A stretch of DNA of 62,276 nucleotides, filler included, from Choristocarpus tenellus KU-1152 (Eukaryota; Protista; Phaeophyceae), in assembly GCA_964200185.2 (NCBI GenBank). It is 12 parts of 12 records of this genome, joined end to end, with 100 filler letters (N's around TTAATTAATTAA, not from the genome) between each part and the next. Parts side by side here need not be neighbours in the genome. Positions count along the whole stretch, not along the records: positions 37,561 to 40,540 come from CAXNAD020023199.1; positions 40,641 to 49,299 come from CAXNAD020004468.1; positions 49,400 to 54,663 come from CAXNAD020011318.1; 9 more parts are not named here. One strand, written 5' to 3'. The position numbers were made by a program, and so were the translations under genes. How positions within the stretch are numbered: the stretch's first letter is position 1; each line of letters begins with the position of its first letter. Below the pieces are notes generated by a model, which did no database searches, was not told the origin of the DNA, and saw only the letters and a list, made by a program, of their open reading frames with translations. This document shows, piece by piece, positions 39,211 to 53,757 of the stretch.

Positions 39211-42200
39211 TATGTTAGAATAAAGCAAAGTATGAAGCAAGACAATACATTACAAATCGAGGCAGTGATACATCACCAGCATTCTCACATTCAATTAATC
39301 TTTCTCGGGGCACTTGTGCTGCTGGTCTGCACCAAGGGGAGGTGCTTTCATATATATATAATAATACTATTATACTATTATCCTGGTTCTGTTCCAATGT
39401 AACCCCAAAGTATGTTCCCGCTTCCTGTACCCTCCCCCCCCACCAATTTTTTTTTTGTAAAATGAGACCATGTGAAAAACTTGCAGAGGGCACAAAATAA
39501 TACACACACACAAACATACATATATAGAGAGATAGATGTACTGATGTAAACACAGACAACTTAAGAGGGGTGATTTGAGGGATTAGGACAGGCTGTTGAA
39601 GAACTCACATATAGGGTTAGGTTTGGGGTTAAAACAAATAAAATAGAAACACAGCTAGGGCTGACCAACCGCAGAACACAGTTCATTATTGGTATGACTG
39701 CATCCCTCTGTGGACCACTGAACATGGACGCACATACCATTAATACTACAGTAAGGTCCTGATCAAGACTGCTGCACTACTTCATTCACCTAATGTCGTA
39801 AATATAATATAATAGTATAATCTTAAATAATACAACATAATATATAATATATAATATAATAGTATAATCTTAAACAATACAACATAATATATAATATATA
39901 ATATAATATACAATATAACATAACAAGCGTTGTCAAGAGAGGAACAACATAGTGGTGTTGTGATCATTAATGTAAGTTTGTTGTGGCCATGGGTATGGCA
40001 TAGAGAGTGCATGTACGCGCGTGCGAGTGTGCGTGTGTGTGTTCCAGCCAAATAATTATATATATAGAGAGATGGATCGTATATAAGAGCATTCTCGGCA
40101 TGAATATCGTTTTCTGTCCTCGTTTTTTTCCCAAGCGTACCCCTACCTGTAACTGCTTTTTTGTCACGAAAAAAAAAAGCATATTTAAACTTTGTATCCA
40201 CGCAGATCAGAAAAAACAAAAATCAAATCCGTCCAATGAAGGCACTCTCTTAGAACACGAAACGGAACTGTGCTGCGACATCTTGATATTTTTTAAACGC
40301 CTCGCCTTCGCTTACAAAAAAAAAAAATCCATTCTCCCAGACACAGCAGAAGTTATTCTTGTCACTAAACAGTTACTGCCCTCACAGTCACTGCAAAAAT
40401 AATACTACAAAAATGATAAGATAATGCCAGCAGAGAGCGGAAGATTTTAGTTCTTGAAGTCCTCGTCCCCCCTCCCCATGTTCCGAAGGAAAATTAATCC
40501 ATGCAGTTACACCATTTCCTGGCTCAAAGTATCTCGGGGGNNNNNNNNNNNNNNNNNNNNNNNNNNNNNNNNNNNNNNNNNNNNTTAATTAATTAANNNN
40601 NNNNNNNNNNNNNNNNNNNNNNNNNNNNNNNNNNNNNNNNGTGTGGGGGGGTGGTTTTTCTTTTTTGTGTAGTGTGTGTATTTTGGGTGTGCGTGGTGGC
40701 TGGATGTTTTTTGGGTTCTTTTTTTTTTTTTGAGGTGCCATTGCGAGAACCCTCTTGATAATACTTTTTTTTTGTCTCCTTGTTGGGCGTGTCACATGCT
40801 CCACTCAATAACTGATTTTGCTGTAGACTGCCCCTGGTCAGCAATTGAGTGTATGCCGATGTCCCCGAGAATGCATACACAAGGTGTTGGATATCTGTCG
40901 GATGGTGAGCTCAAACAGTGGTGTTTATAGGGACTTGCTTGTAGTTACAGAGATTATATAAGAAATCCTAATGACGATAATTACATGCCAATTTTTCTTT
41001 TCGGTTTTTCCAATAGTTTACTGCCTGTTCCTCTCCTTAGGTATTAAATACTGGAAAAGTAGGACATTTCTGGCTTGAGATTGCCGTTAGTATTGGGCCC
41101 ATGGCAGTTTAGTTTTACTATTGTATCATCAATTTGTATTCCCCTCATTACTGCATTTACTTTACTGTGTTGACTCTAGTAGTGCTGACCTGTGCCATAA
41201 ACTACTATCGCAGCAGAGCAGAGGAAAAAGTCCTGAGCATTTGGGCTTAGTATATTTCTGTCTCATGCTCCCATCAAATGCGGTACCAAGGGCCAGAACT
41301 CTGTAAGCTGATCAAGCTGATACAAACTTGAGTGCATCCCTAAGATAAGACTCAACTGCATTGAATTTTTTTAATGGAAAGGGATAGTTGTCCAACACTT
41401 TTCTGAAGTGGGCATATTCTACTAGGCCAGCCAAGCAGCACCTGACCTCCACCACAACACACATCTTTACTCCCCACATGTTTCACCCCTTCCTTGCCTT
41501 CAGACTTTTTTGAGGAGCAATTTCAATGGCCCAACATCCTGAAAGGAGAAATGGATAGCCTTCATCGGGGACTGCAGCAGCGACCAGTCCAAACTACTCC
41601 AAACTACCTGCCTCCTCACAGATTCCCCAAGGGAGTTTGCCCTGAGCAAACTGAGTCAGAGCAGACATGTAATGTGGAGCAAGCCTGAGTTGAGAGTCTG
41701 ATAACTGCCCCCCCCCCCCCCATTTGTGGTTGTTTTGTTTGAACTCGGGAGTGAGGGTCTTGAAAGAGTGTGGACGATTCATGTGCCTCTCACTTCGCAG
41801 ATTTGTCTTTCATGGTGGTAGTGCAGCTGCTACTTTTTTGTGGAAGAGCAACATTGAAATAGTTCGATGATTGTCTCTTCAGTCTACTCACGTGGCATTT
41901 TTTGGGGCAGAGTGTACTAATGCATTCAATTGGCAATGTTTTTTGGGACATCTCACTATTGGTTTCATCCTCTTGCTCAAGTCCACTTACTTCCCCCTTT
42001 AGAAAAAAGAAGATAAAATCACATAGGGGAATTTTTTTATTTGCTGTGTTGGTACTGTGTGTTGAAAGATTATGCGTGAATGTGTGTGAGATGAGAGCAA
42101 CTGGCTGTCAAGATCTCCTGTAAACAACGGAAAGTAGTTCTATCCCACAAGGGAATAAATGATGCCAGTAATGGCTTCGTGGTGGGCTATTGGCCCACTG

Positions 42201-43097
42201 TGTATGCTTGTTTGTGGGGTGACAATCCATCTGTGCTGACACACATTTGATACTTTCTGAATTGTTCAGACATGCTGGTTGGGGGTGAGGATGACCTGGG
42301 AGTTCTAATCTACTCAGTTTCATTGTGATTTGAGTCAATAGTGGAGCATCCTGGGTGAGCTGGCAGTTAACTTGGTCCCTTGATGTGTCCTGAGTTGGTT
42401 GGATTCCCCTTGGTGTATGATATTAATTTTGTTTCATTGACCAGATGTGCCTGCTTTGCACATGGTCTTCTTGAGTCGACAGCTCTCTTGTTCAAAAGAG
42501 GTAGGGGAAGGGGAATTTGGGAATCAAACCCTCTTGTTCATTGGAAGTCAATTTCCGGGTTTGTTGAGCTGTTTACACCAGAGTACACACGTAAAAGGTA
42601 CACCTTTCATAATATTTTTTGGCACAAGTAGACTGATGAGTGGGATACGGTCCTTGGATCTCTCTCCACCTTGGTGAGGAACAACGGAGTTCGCTATGTA
42701 GAGCAGAACCATTAATAAACATGCAAAGAATTTTACATGCAAGGGAGATAGGCCTTGCGCAAGAACTGCATTCCTTGACACATTCACTGGAGAAAGAACC
42801 CCTCCTCTCACACGTCAAGGAAAGAGGTTACGCCTGCAAGTGGTGATGTGTTTCTTGTAATTGTTGGAGTGTGTGATGAAAGACTCTAGTTGGGCTTCTT
42901 TCTCAGAATAAAGTTAAGAAGAACAAGCACTCATGTATGGAGTGAAGCAGTAGACTGTTGTTCATTTTTTTTTAAGTTTCTGTCTAATGTATAGTTGGTA
43001 TATGATTCCACCTATACATGAAATTGGTCAAAATAAAAGGGTATTACATAGAAGGGTGTTAAAAAAAGAAATAGTAACAACCGACCCAGGCCAGGCC

Positions 43098-46000
43098 TCA
43101 GTCAAAAAAATCCTCTATATCAATATCCTCGCTCAGCAGATCAGCTCCCAATGCTCCTACATCTGTTCCATTCAGTATCAGGTTCTCAAAGGTCTCTTCA
43201 AGGCCTGTATCCCCTATAAGCATAGCGCCCTTGACTCTCCCATCTACTAAAATGATCTGGAGGCACACATTGAACCACCAATATATTTGCAATTGGAGGG
43301 GGGGGGGGCAGAGAGGAAAAGGCAGGGGCAGAAAATCAGCTGACGTTTGTGGATCATTTCTTGTGTTGAATTTCTTGGCAAGTGGGGCAATGTCTTGTTG
43401 CAAAAGGAACTTGCTTGACAGAGGTATAATGTTGGAATACTAGGCGATAGATATGGACTTCTTGTTGAAAGTCATTACTGTTAAGTATCCGATCATTCAC
43501 CTGCAGCTTTTTCTGGGTCATAAAACATCAACTGGAAAATTATTTACAGAAGCTGTTACTTTTCTATATTCAACTTATTGCAGGCCTGTTTCATGGATTA
43601 CATGGAGGTATCCGTGGTAGTGGAGGTCATGACAACAAGGGCACACCCATGTACTACATCAACCGTAATAGTAGCTAAGGGCACACCCATGTACTACATC
43701 AACCGTAATAGTAGCTTAAGAGGTTTGTTCACAAAAAATCCCCAAGAGATCTAACTTTCTCATTCCTCCTCAACAAACCATTTACCATGCTGCTGTGACA
43801 CAACTACTTCAAATCAAGAGCTCTCTTAAACTGCTGACCCCTCAAATACCACCAACAAAACACCACAATAAATGTGCTCTTCTTCATCAAAAAGGAAAAA
43901 AACTGAATTTGCTCTACGAGCAGTTTAGGGGACGTTCAAGGTGATTCTAAAACAACCTCCTTCTCTACTGTGTAGTACAGCCACATCCTAGCATGGGCTC
44001 ATAAGTACATCTTTTAAAGGGGGGCAGCATTCACCACCAGTCCCACACATTCAACTATGACAGGAAAGGCGCCCTCTTCACCTCGGTACACAAGGTCGTT
44101 TCCCCCCCCCAGCATCCCCTACTGTTAAGTGCCTCCAACTCACCTTCATGTACTCTACTCCCAGGGTCACCCTCACAACAACCTGAACATTTTTTCCATT
44201 GGCATAGATACACTGCCCTTGTTCCAATCCAACATCATCCTTTCCTGTTGCCCCACTTATGCCTAGCACTGATGCATGCCCTGCAGTGTCTGCCTCTTGT
44301 ACAGACACCCCTGAAGTGGCATTTAGGCCTCCATCAGCAGTAACCACCATTGCCCTGCTCACATAGTCCTGCACCTCAGGTCCAAGACCCTGGCCATTGA
44401 AGCGACCCAGTAGTGACACCTGAAAGGGTCGTGGATTGTTCTCACCAATATTACTAGTTTGATTCTTGGGTATCTGAGTAGGCAATCACAATTGCAACGC
44501 ACACACCATAAAAAATATAAAACTCATCTCTACGGATTCAAATTCTATTTTACAGATTCAAATGGCTACAAAAAAAATAATTACACCTCACAGGAAATGC
44601 TTGCAAATAATCTAGTTTCCTAATCAAGACCACCCTACTTCACACCACCTCAGTAGCAGGGCCAACCCTCAAGTCATGTCTTACGCAAGTCCCCCCAGAC
44701 AGTCAACTGCAGTCCTTCTCCTCTCCTCTCCCCTCCCCTCCAAAAGCTACATCTGTTGCTGACCTTACCTTATGACCAAAGAACCGGGTAGCATGAGCAA
44801 AGAGGCAAAAGAACCCCCCGGCCCCCAGCTGGTCTACGAACCCCGCCATGCACTTGGCTGTGTATAGTGCAGACAATCTTGGCAATGCAATAGGACCAAG
44901 GGGAACGCTCAGTGATGACAAATAAAAACACGATGATGTTTGGGGGGGGGTTACCTGTACGTAGGGGAAAAAGGCAGGGCAAATATATAAATCGTCCTAT
45001 TGGATAAATGCAACGCATGTACAGTTTACTGTTTTTTTATTATTTGTGTAAAATATTAGTTAACTTTTTTTTTTTCAAGAATGGCTGAAGCATGGCTGCA
45101 TCATCCCATTGAACCATTGTCGTTCTCATATGTTATCGATCTTGGTATGACTACGAGTTCAGGGGTTCAAAAGGCAGAGGGGAAGGAGGAGGACGGAGGA
45201 GGGGGAGGTACGGGTATTCAAACAAGCAAAAAAAATAGATGAGCAAGTGCAAGTTTGTTCTTTCCATCAATGTCCTTGTGAACACAATTACAAACACTCA
45301 AGCCACGTGACCAGAATTACATCACTGCAAGTGTATACCATTTGGGTGGGTGCAAAACAGGAAGAGGGGGATTACACTACTCAATACTACTGGAGTACTT
45401 TGAGTACTCAAACTGCGATAGTGTTGCTTCATGCAAATCATATAAATGTGTCATTACAAAAAAAAAAGAATGCAAAAAACTTGAAAGAAAAAAAAAAGTA
45501 GTAAGCATTATGATGTAAATACTGGCAAGAAAAAAAAATGGCAGTGTGTAACTACGAAGGTGCTTCTTCAACAGGAGACAATCCATAGTATCTATTTACT
45601 CATGATGTTATAAAAAAAGGCATCACTGAAACAAAATGCAACGTTATTCTTATCACTCCCTTCTCGAAGTATTCCAAGTATCAAAATGTTCCCAGCATGA
45701 AAAGTACAAGGTAAGTAGGTACTTTCTCACCACCATTGGTGCAACACACCATTACTACTACTGTAAGAACCCACACTGGGGGCAATATTTTGCATTCTAC
45801 AAGACATCTTCTGTAGTAACAAAAATGTGTTAATGTATAGGTCCCATAGCATGAAATTCCATCTAGCTGCAACTTGTACCCTCACCATTGCACTACCACA
45901 AAAAGCTATTATAATTAAATTAAGTTGTCGAATATTATTAAGCTTTAACAAAAAAATCAAGGTCATTATTATTTTCATCCATCATTAAATGAATTGCTGT

Positions 46001-47731
46001 AACATGGTCATTATTCAAATTTCTTGATTTTTTTTTTATAAATCCTATAGAAATTTTTTAATGAATTGAAATTTTTTATTGAAAATCTAGTATTTGTTCA
46101 TTATTAAATTTAAGCTTTTTTTTTTATGAATTACAGTTTAATACCATTGTCATTTACACACATCTTTATTGCCTACAAAATAGTGAACACACACACGCAC
46201 AGACACCCATACACACAAACAATAGTCCAAGGCCACAACATACACTACAAGAGACAGCACCATTCCTTCTAAAATGGTGCGAGATGGTAGTGTGGATTGG
46301 AGGGACGGGGGATGGGGACAGGGGGGCTTGTTCTGACGACATTTCATGTATAAATGAAGCACGCTGGTAGTGAACATACATCTTACCCAAGACCAAACAT
46401 GTGTGTTCCGAGTATACATACTATTCAAAATACTTGAGGAGGGGTACACAGCTCTCAAATTTTGTCACCACTGTCTGATCTCTAAAAGAGTTACATAGGA
46501 ACACTCGAGAGTACACACAGAAGATACTTGCCGCACTTCATGCATATGGAAGTTACAAACTGTTCACAAAAGAAAAAAAAATCTTCAAAACGCACTTTTG
46601 CATCTCAAGTGCACTCTTTTTTTTTTTTACCAGCCCACCTGGCCTGTGTCCACAGCCGCATCTGGAACCAGTGTGGATTCTCCTCCTGAGGCCATTCCAA
46701 GCAGCAACAGTCCCCGCATGCGTAGATATTCAAGTTCTTAACGTAATCAACCTCCCCACTTTCCTGTACCATCCCATCCAACTTAGAGGCATAGCCAAGA
46801 GCAGGAGAGCTTGCCCCTGCAGAAGCACCCTCCCGTTCTCCCTTGCCCTCTGCCTTGCCACATTCAGCCTGCCCCTGCCCCGGAAGAGGACAATGCGCCA
46901 GCACAGCCCGCATGTATTCGTCAACAAGTATCCCTCCATCTGCACCTCTCTAGTGACAGATACCCAGGGCCAAGGGAGGGGAGGGGGGGGAGAAGGCACA
47001 ACAAGAAATTTGATAGGATTAGGTTATGACAGACATCGGGCTATGGTCGTGACTCTATTGCTCAATAATGAAAAAACAAGGCAGAAGAACTACACTGCAA
47101 TACGCATGCATGTACCAAGTACTTGTGCATGTAACAAGCACTTGTGAGGTTCAATTGAAGTTAGATGTGCTACTAGAAGCACCACATAGCATGAACAAAA
47201 ACAAAAAAAGCGAGATGCCACAAGCTCATCGCCACCACTACCATCAAAAAAATAAACAATAGAATCCCTATACCTGTGTTGGCGTCTGCGTGGCATGCAA
47301 AACTTACAACACTCTCACCCTGTATTGCGGTCCAAGGACTGCAGTATTGGCCTCCACCCCCGTAGCAGAGACCACAAAATCGCAATCGTAACTCTTTCCA
47401 TTGGTCAAGACGGCTCTCACAGGGTACCCAACAGGAACAGCACTGCCCCCAGGTTCTGTTCCCTTCCCCCCTCCCCCAGTATGTTCCCTTGCACATCCCG
47501 AATCTACATCACTACGCTTTTGGTCCACATCATCCAGTCCTCCTTTTCCCACCCCTGAACCCCTCCTCCCTCCCTTGCAAAAAGCACTGTCCTTTCCCAA
47601 TCCCCCTGACAGAACGCCCAGGCCCGACTCAACATGACTAAGCTCACATCCCAGCTGGATGTCAAGGGTGGCGACCTCTGACAAGTTTTCCTTGATTTTC
47701 TGGTCTCCAATTTGGCTGCAGCCACCATGTC
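43098..47731 (-). CDS. PYROXD1: Pyridine nucleotide-disulfide oxidoreductase domain protein 1, 3' half. Exons 47731-47319, 46949-46639, 44877-44769, 44419-44144, 43256-43098
   Basis: CDFVVSATGV, DGGILVDEYM, IYACGDCC, HWFQMRLWTQAR, FAHATRFFGHKVSLLGRFNGQGL and C-terminus GAMLIGDTGLEETFENLILN...DLLSEDIDIEDFFD* are diagnostic of PYROXD1. All introns are GT-AG and phase-compatible. Confidence 0.93.
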
Positions 47732-47765
47732 CTTGGAATTGTCAACAACAGTTCATTAACACACA

Positions 47766-47811
<46 letters not shown>

Positions 47812-48222
47812 TTGGGGGGTCAATGATAGTGATAAGGAGAAAAAAATGTTTACCGTATTGCTGTTGCTAGTAAGGTATGGAAGTAACCTACAGTATGTAC
47901 CAATAGGGTTAGGGATAGGGTTGGTGATAGCATGTACGAAGAAACCCTATTAAAACAGAGCACACACAATAGTCCACCAAACATGACTCGGGGGGGGTGG
48001 GGGGTGGGAGGGAGTATGGAAGCATATTTGTTTCAGGTTCGGACAAAAGGTTGTTTTGATACAGAAAAATGGATAGATTTTTGACTGGGGTGTCTGGAGT
48101 GAAAGAAGATGTCACCACAGTCTCACACAACAGGGAGAGTGCATGTTAGGATTTGGGCAAGTTGCTGACAGGCTGAAGGGCAGTAATCAATGAAATTCCT
48201 ACCTAATTGCAGGTTTAGACAA

Positions 48223-48253
<31 letters not shown>

Positions 48254-49894
48254 TGGAATGCAAAAACAAGTAACTATGCTGACCTGTGCACACAAACATA
48301 GAGGGATGCTTGTATCTTGAGCCTGCAGGAGAAAAATGTACAAACTCGAAGTACTTCCAACTTAGAAGTAAACAAATAGGTCTAGGGTTCATGAGGTGTA
48401 TCTCTACATAGGTGGTCTGCTGGAGTACCCTTTGGAGTGGGAAACTACTATACAATTCTTGGTGAAAATGTTTGAATAACGCACTTTTTCCCCATCAGGA
48501 CTACTAGATTCAAGGTCAAACTTCAGAGAGCACTGTTCGCAAGGAAATGTATTGCTAATATTACCAATTCAAATTAGTGGTTTACATATTGCTGTGAGTC
48601 ATATCTGGGGAGGCGTACTCAGGCAAAGAACCCTGGTGATGTAACGTATGTGTATGTATTGTATACTTTAAAGGATATACACTGCTGCAGGACCCCGCCT
48701 CGGCACTCTGCAGTACCAGTGCCATCTCCTAAGTAGATGGTGCATAGGACCGATATGAGAATAGCATACCAGGAGGACAAATCTATGAATCTCCTCGGAG
48801 TGACTAACAAACATGAATGAATAGCCTCAAGAGATCAAGAGAATTTCCTTAGCCAAACGTTGAGCACTCAAAAGCGACTATGTCTATCTTGAACGGATGG
48901 TGAAATCCAAGCTCAAATCTTGTTAATTAGACAACAAGAACATGTATCATCTTGTGATCCTCTTGGGTCCCACCTACAGTAGGCTTTCTTGAGCAAGTGC
49001 TTACCCCCCACAATGCCACTATAAAGACAAGCCCTACAACAGCAAGAAGGGGGGCATGACCAATTCAACTCGTTTGGTATGTGGTGGCCAACCACAACCA
49101 ATAACAATCTCTCTCCACATCAACCAATGTGCAAGAACAGTGGGGACACTCAATAAAACAAAAAAATAACAATATATAAATATAGACAATCCAAGGTATA
49201 TATTTATTTTTCCTAATTCTCCACCCCCCTCTCTCCTCTTCCATCTGCTTCACCACCACTCCTGTATCCCTAGGGCAGCAGCACGCTGAGAGCTTGAAAN
49301 NNNNNNNNNNNNNNNNNNNNNNNNNNNNNNNNNNNNNNNNNNNTTAATTAATTAANNNNNNNNNNNNNNNNNNNNNNNNNNNNNNNNNNNNNNNNNNNNA
49401 AAGTGCCTTTTTCCTGGGACAGCCCCAAAACGACAGAATTTTGTAAACCCCCCCCCCCCCCCCAAGATACTTTGAGCCTTGCATCTTGTCGTGCTAATGA
49501 CAACTTGTAAATCAGATATCACAAACAAAAATACTTGAAAAAGTATGGTACTTGTTTGAGACAGCACCATTCAGAGACACTTCTTTACATGACAGAAACG
49601 ACGGGTTCCTATCCTACAACACGGAAAAAAAATAAAAAAATAAAAAATAAAAAACTCCACTTCAAGAAGGTAGGGCGTCAGTTCTTCCAGGCGGCGCAGT
49701 GGAGCACACCATCACTAAACCCAAGCCGCAAATTTTATTCTGTGCAAGACTGCTTTTGCACAAGCCCCCCTCATTAAAGGTGATGTACTGTGGCTAAGAC
49801 TAATCAGCAACAGGCAATGTTATGCACCTCAATGACAACCAGCGACACATGGGTATGGATGCAGGCACTGACAGTGCTGCCTGCGGCAACTTAC

Positions 49895-52800
49895 AATATA
49901 GCGAGGAAAAAGATTTACATTGCTAGCTGCGACTATCCAACTCCCATCTGTACAGTCTGCAAGTGTGCCGTATACTCCTTCAGCAGTGAAGTTTGTGACC
50001 TGTTGGCGCGTTGGTACGCCTGCCAGGTAGGGCAGTGCGATATCGTCAAAATGACGCATGAGGTTCAGGGTAGGATTCCAGAAAATAGTGAATGCTCATG
50101 TTGGCAGGCAGTTTGTTGCATTTCCAAGAGAATGGCTCACATCATGTTGGTCACTGCTACAAAAAGGTATGACGTCAGGGTAGCGACTATCAATATATGT
50201 ACACCTATGTCCCTGAAATGAACAAATACGGGAGATACTGAACAAGGAACAATGGCAGAAGATATGGTCCCTTCCCTCTGGTGGTCAGGGTGGAGCATTG
50301 GCCAATTACAAATAGGTCGCTGGAAGGCAGAGAGCCAACCAGTGAATCCCTATCCATGTGAGACAGCCTGAAGTGCAAAAAACAGAAGATCAGGAGTAGC
50401 AACTGAGAAATAGGTTGCACACTCACCTTGGTCCAGGAGACCACTCAGTCGTCGGTCAAAATTGAAGTCCATGTACAGCAATACGAATTTGTTGTTGTCT
50501 TGAACCCATTTGGGTCTCTGATCAACGTACGAGCCCTCGATCTCATATGTACCACCAAACAATGAGCTTTCAATGATGAGACTTTCACATCCATCGTAAG
50601 ATAGAGAGGTAGTATCCCTAGTAATGTCTGCCGGATTTTCATCAGTATCATCTTACCCAACAAGAAAAACAGATGGGGTGTAGAGAGTGGGTGCGAGGGG
50701 GGGTGGGAGGGGGTAGTATGACTGCAGTTATCATCAGCTTGAAACCTGGGTTCAGCATACCTTGAAGTTTGTGTTAAGGAATTCCATTGGTGTCAAAGGT
50801 GGAGAATAATTTGATTGTAAGCAACATCAATACATAGCAAGAAGAAAACACTGCTAAAGTGTCCCTCGACAATGTCACTGCAAACTCTCATGCTGTGGCA
50901 TTAGTGAACATATCCCATGTTGAGGAGAACGAAGATCAGGTTTCTTAAATTAAATCATTAGAAATAGGAACTCTCCTGTTTCGTGACCTGTCTGCGCATA
51001 CTCTTCAGATGGTTCTAAAATGAAATTACGTAGCAGTCACAGAATAGAAATAGGGACAGTTATGTGAATTGTTTCAGATCGTATATATCGTAAAAGGCGT
51101 GGGGTAGTATTCAGTTGTATGCTTTGAGATGAGGCACAATATTCTGAGGAACAAGAAGCAGGCTCCTGCAAGGACAAAGTCCAAAACTCTTAACACAACT
51201 ATATGAGGATACAGTTTCCAAGGGCACGAATTAGGGCTTTAACAGTGAAAGCTCGATTTAGGGGAAATTCACTTGCTCGAACCAATGAAGAAGATACGGT
51301 GCGGGTGTGTAAAGATCATGCGTAAGGACCATGATCTGCACAGTGCCAGACCTGACCTCTTGTATTGCTTACAGCTTGTAAGGACTCTGTACGTTTCATG
51401 AAATAATGGCTTTCAGTTTCTCGCAAGACCATAGGTACAGGAGACGGTTCACACTGTTGTGGAAATATTCTACTCCAGAGCATTTCCTTTCCTACCTGTC
51501 CCTGCTGTCAGCAGGTTTGTCCGTTCCACCACCAGTGCAGGTACAGATCTAGGCATAGAAGCAGGACTGGGTGGGGTGGTCGTAAAACTTGTGCACTCAA
51601 GTACTGGAGAGGTGGTTTTAGCCATGTCAGAGCAGTCATCCAACTCGCAGAGAAACCAAACGGCTGAAGATGGTATAAGGGTGGGATCAGCAACACAGTC
51701 CACTGCCTTGAACGGATCGTTGAAATGGGAGAGGTGGATCACATGTACAGGAGAGCATGAATCTTGTAAAATTAGACAAAAATACAGTTGGAAATATGTT
51801 TATGAATAACACTACTTCTTACAAAGATAATAGTTCCTAACATGGGCTTTAGGTGGCAGTACTGCTGAAGCTCTTAAAGGAAGAAGATATACAAGGATTC
51901 CTCCTTCGTAGGTGTTACTATTTCATCATGTTTCTCCAAACCTTGGCAAAAGTAATTCAGAACTATGGCATGCTTGATCAGAAAGGTCACCTGTAATACG
52001 ACTGTCACATATAAACCTCAACTAAAACCTCAATAAATTTTAGACTATTATCTGTTAGCTGATGTCAAGAGGATGGATGGATGTCTCCCCATTTCTGCTC
52101 GTACAAGTAGAGAGTTCTTGGAGGGTGGTTGCCATTCTTTGACTTTTCAATGCTCTACGCTAGCAAGCCCTACTACTGGTTCTTAGAAGTCTCACCACAA
52201 CGAGATATGGCGCACACTGCACGAGACTCACCAAGCGCGCTGGTGCAGTGACTGTATTATTCGTGAAAGAATAAATTCCCCAGAACCCATCGTTGCAGGC
52301 ATCCATCGCATCTAATAGTGGGAGATGAACTCCAAGCTTCGACGAAGCGGGTAAAAGTATTTCTGAGGGGGGGCAGTACGATTTTTTTTGCAGTGCGATT
52401 TTAGCGTATTAGTATCATAGACCAGTTGTGGGGTGAAATGACTTCTCTCTCTATCGCCTTAGAGGTCACTAATCTCAACAAGTAAAAACTCTCAATCCGT
52501 CAAAAATTCAATCGGTGAGGGTCACAGCACGTGTTACTTGTCACGTCAAGATATTTTCGGGTTTCCATTGCATGCATGCAGTATTGTTATGATAGTGCAA
52601 TATACACACCCTCAGCTTGAAGAGCCCTTAGGGAGCGTCGCGATTTGGATTCCGTCCAGAAAATTATTGACTCTCCGCTAGTTTGAACATACTGTGGGTA
52701 TCCATTGATGTAATTGCCTTCCACGATCTCGTACACACCGTCCACGGTACCGTCATCAACTCTCATGGCCTGACAGAAGTCATCTACGAAATGAAGGGTA

Positions 52801-53446
52801 AACACGGTACATTGAGCTTCAAAGTGTCGTAGGTGCAAGAAGATCCTCCTACTCATCGGTTGGAATTATGTTTGCACTGTAGTAGCAGATGGATCTATCA
52901 CTTCAGCCCAATACATGCAACGCCAACAATAGTTCAGTGCAGGAGTCACAAACAAATCGTTTGCAATGATGTAGCGAGGTAGGTGACTCGTACTCAGTAG
53001 TAGACAGTGATGGTGAGAAATATGTCAAACTACGACAGTCCGAGTACAGGCAAAATATATATAGCTCTTAAGGGTACATCTTGCGACTGCATTTCTCCTC
53101 CAGGAGAAACGACTATAAGCATTTGCTTCACCTTGAGATTTAACCATTAACCATGTGGCGACGATGAGAAGAACATACTACCCAGTACTTTAATAATCCC
53201 AAAATACAAAATGTCATCGTGAATAAGTAAAGAGCGAGAGTTTAGAAACACCATCGTTGACTCCCATTCTGTCAGCCTTAATTCAATGCGATAGTATGTT
53301 TGGCCAACATATGACTTCCAACTCGAGCAGGCCTCACCTGCTGCGCCAGAGGAGCTCGAAGGGGTCGTGGATTGGACAATATTCGGTGATAAAAGGATGG
53401 CGAAAACAGTGGCCACACAAGAGGCATGGATATGGATAAAGTCCAT
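49895..53446 (-). CDS. Putative secreted/cell-surface protein with two copies of a Cys/Trp beta-rich domain; 3' end not found. Exons 53446-53338, 52783-52610, 51762-51496, 50651-50427, 50019-49895
   Basis: Signal-peptide-like N-terminus (MDFIHIHASCVATVFAILLSPNIVQS). Repeats CQAMRVDDGTVDGVYEIVEGNYINGYPQYVQ and CESLIIESSLFGGTYEIEGSYVDQRPKWVQ, joined by a Thr/Pro linker. Four consecutive phase-1 GT-AG introns give one open frame. Confidence 0.75.
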
Positions 53447-53757
53447 GTCCTGGATGGGTAATAGCGAAATAACGTAAGCGTTAAGAGGACGAGGACAACA
53501 GACACTAGTATATCACAAACTCAACCAACAAAGAAATTTGTTGCAACGTTGATTGTTTTGAAACCATCTATCTCCATATGTAGCCTATTCCATATGTTGA
53601 TCCACGACACAAAACAGGAAGATACTACAAAGTTTTGGAGTATTCCAAGAAGAACGCTGTTCTTTAATTGGACAAAATCTCGTATGACCAATGGCATTAA
53701 TACAACACACTAAAAGTGTTATTGCTTCCAACGATAAAGAAACCTTTCTGTTAGAAA

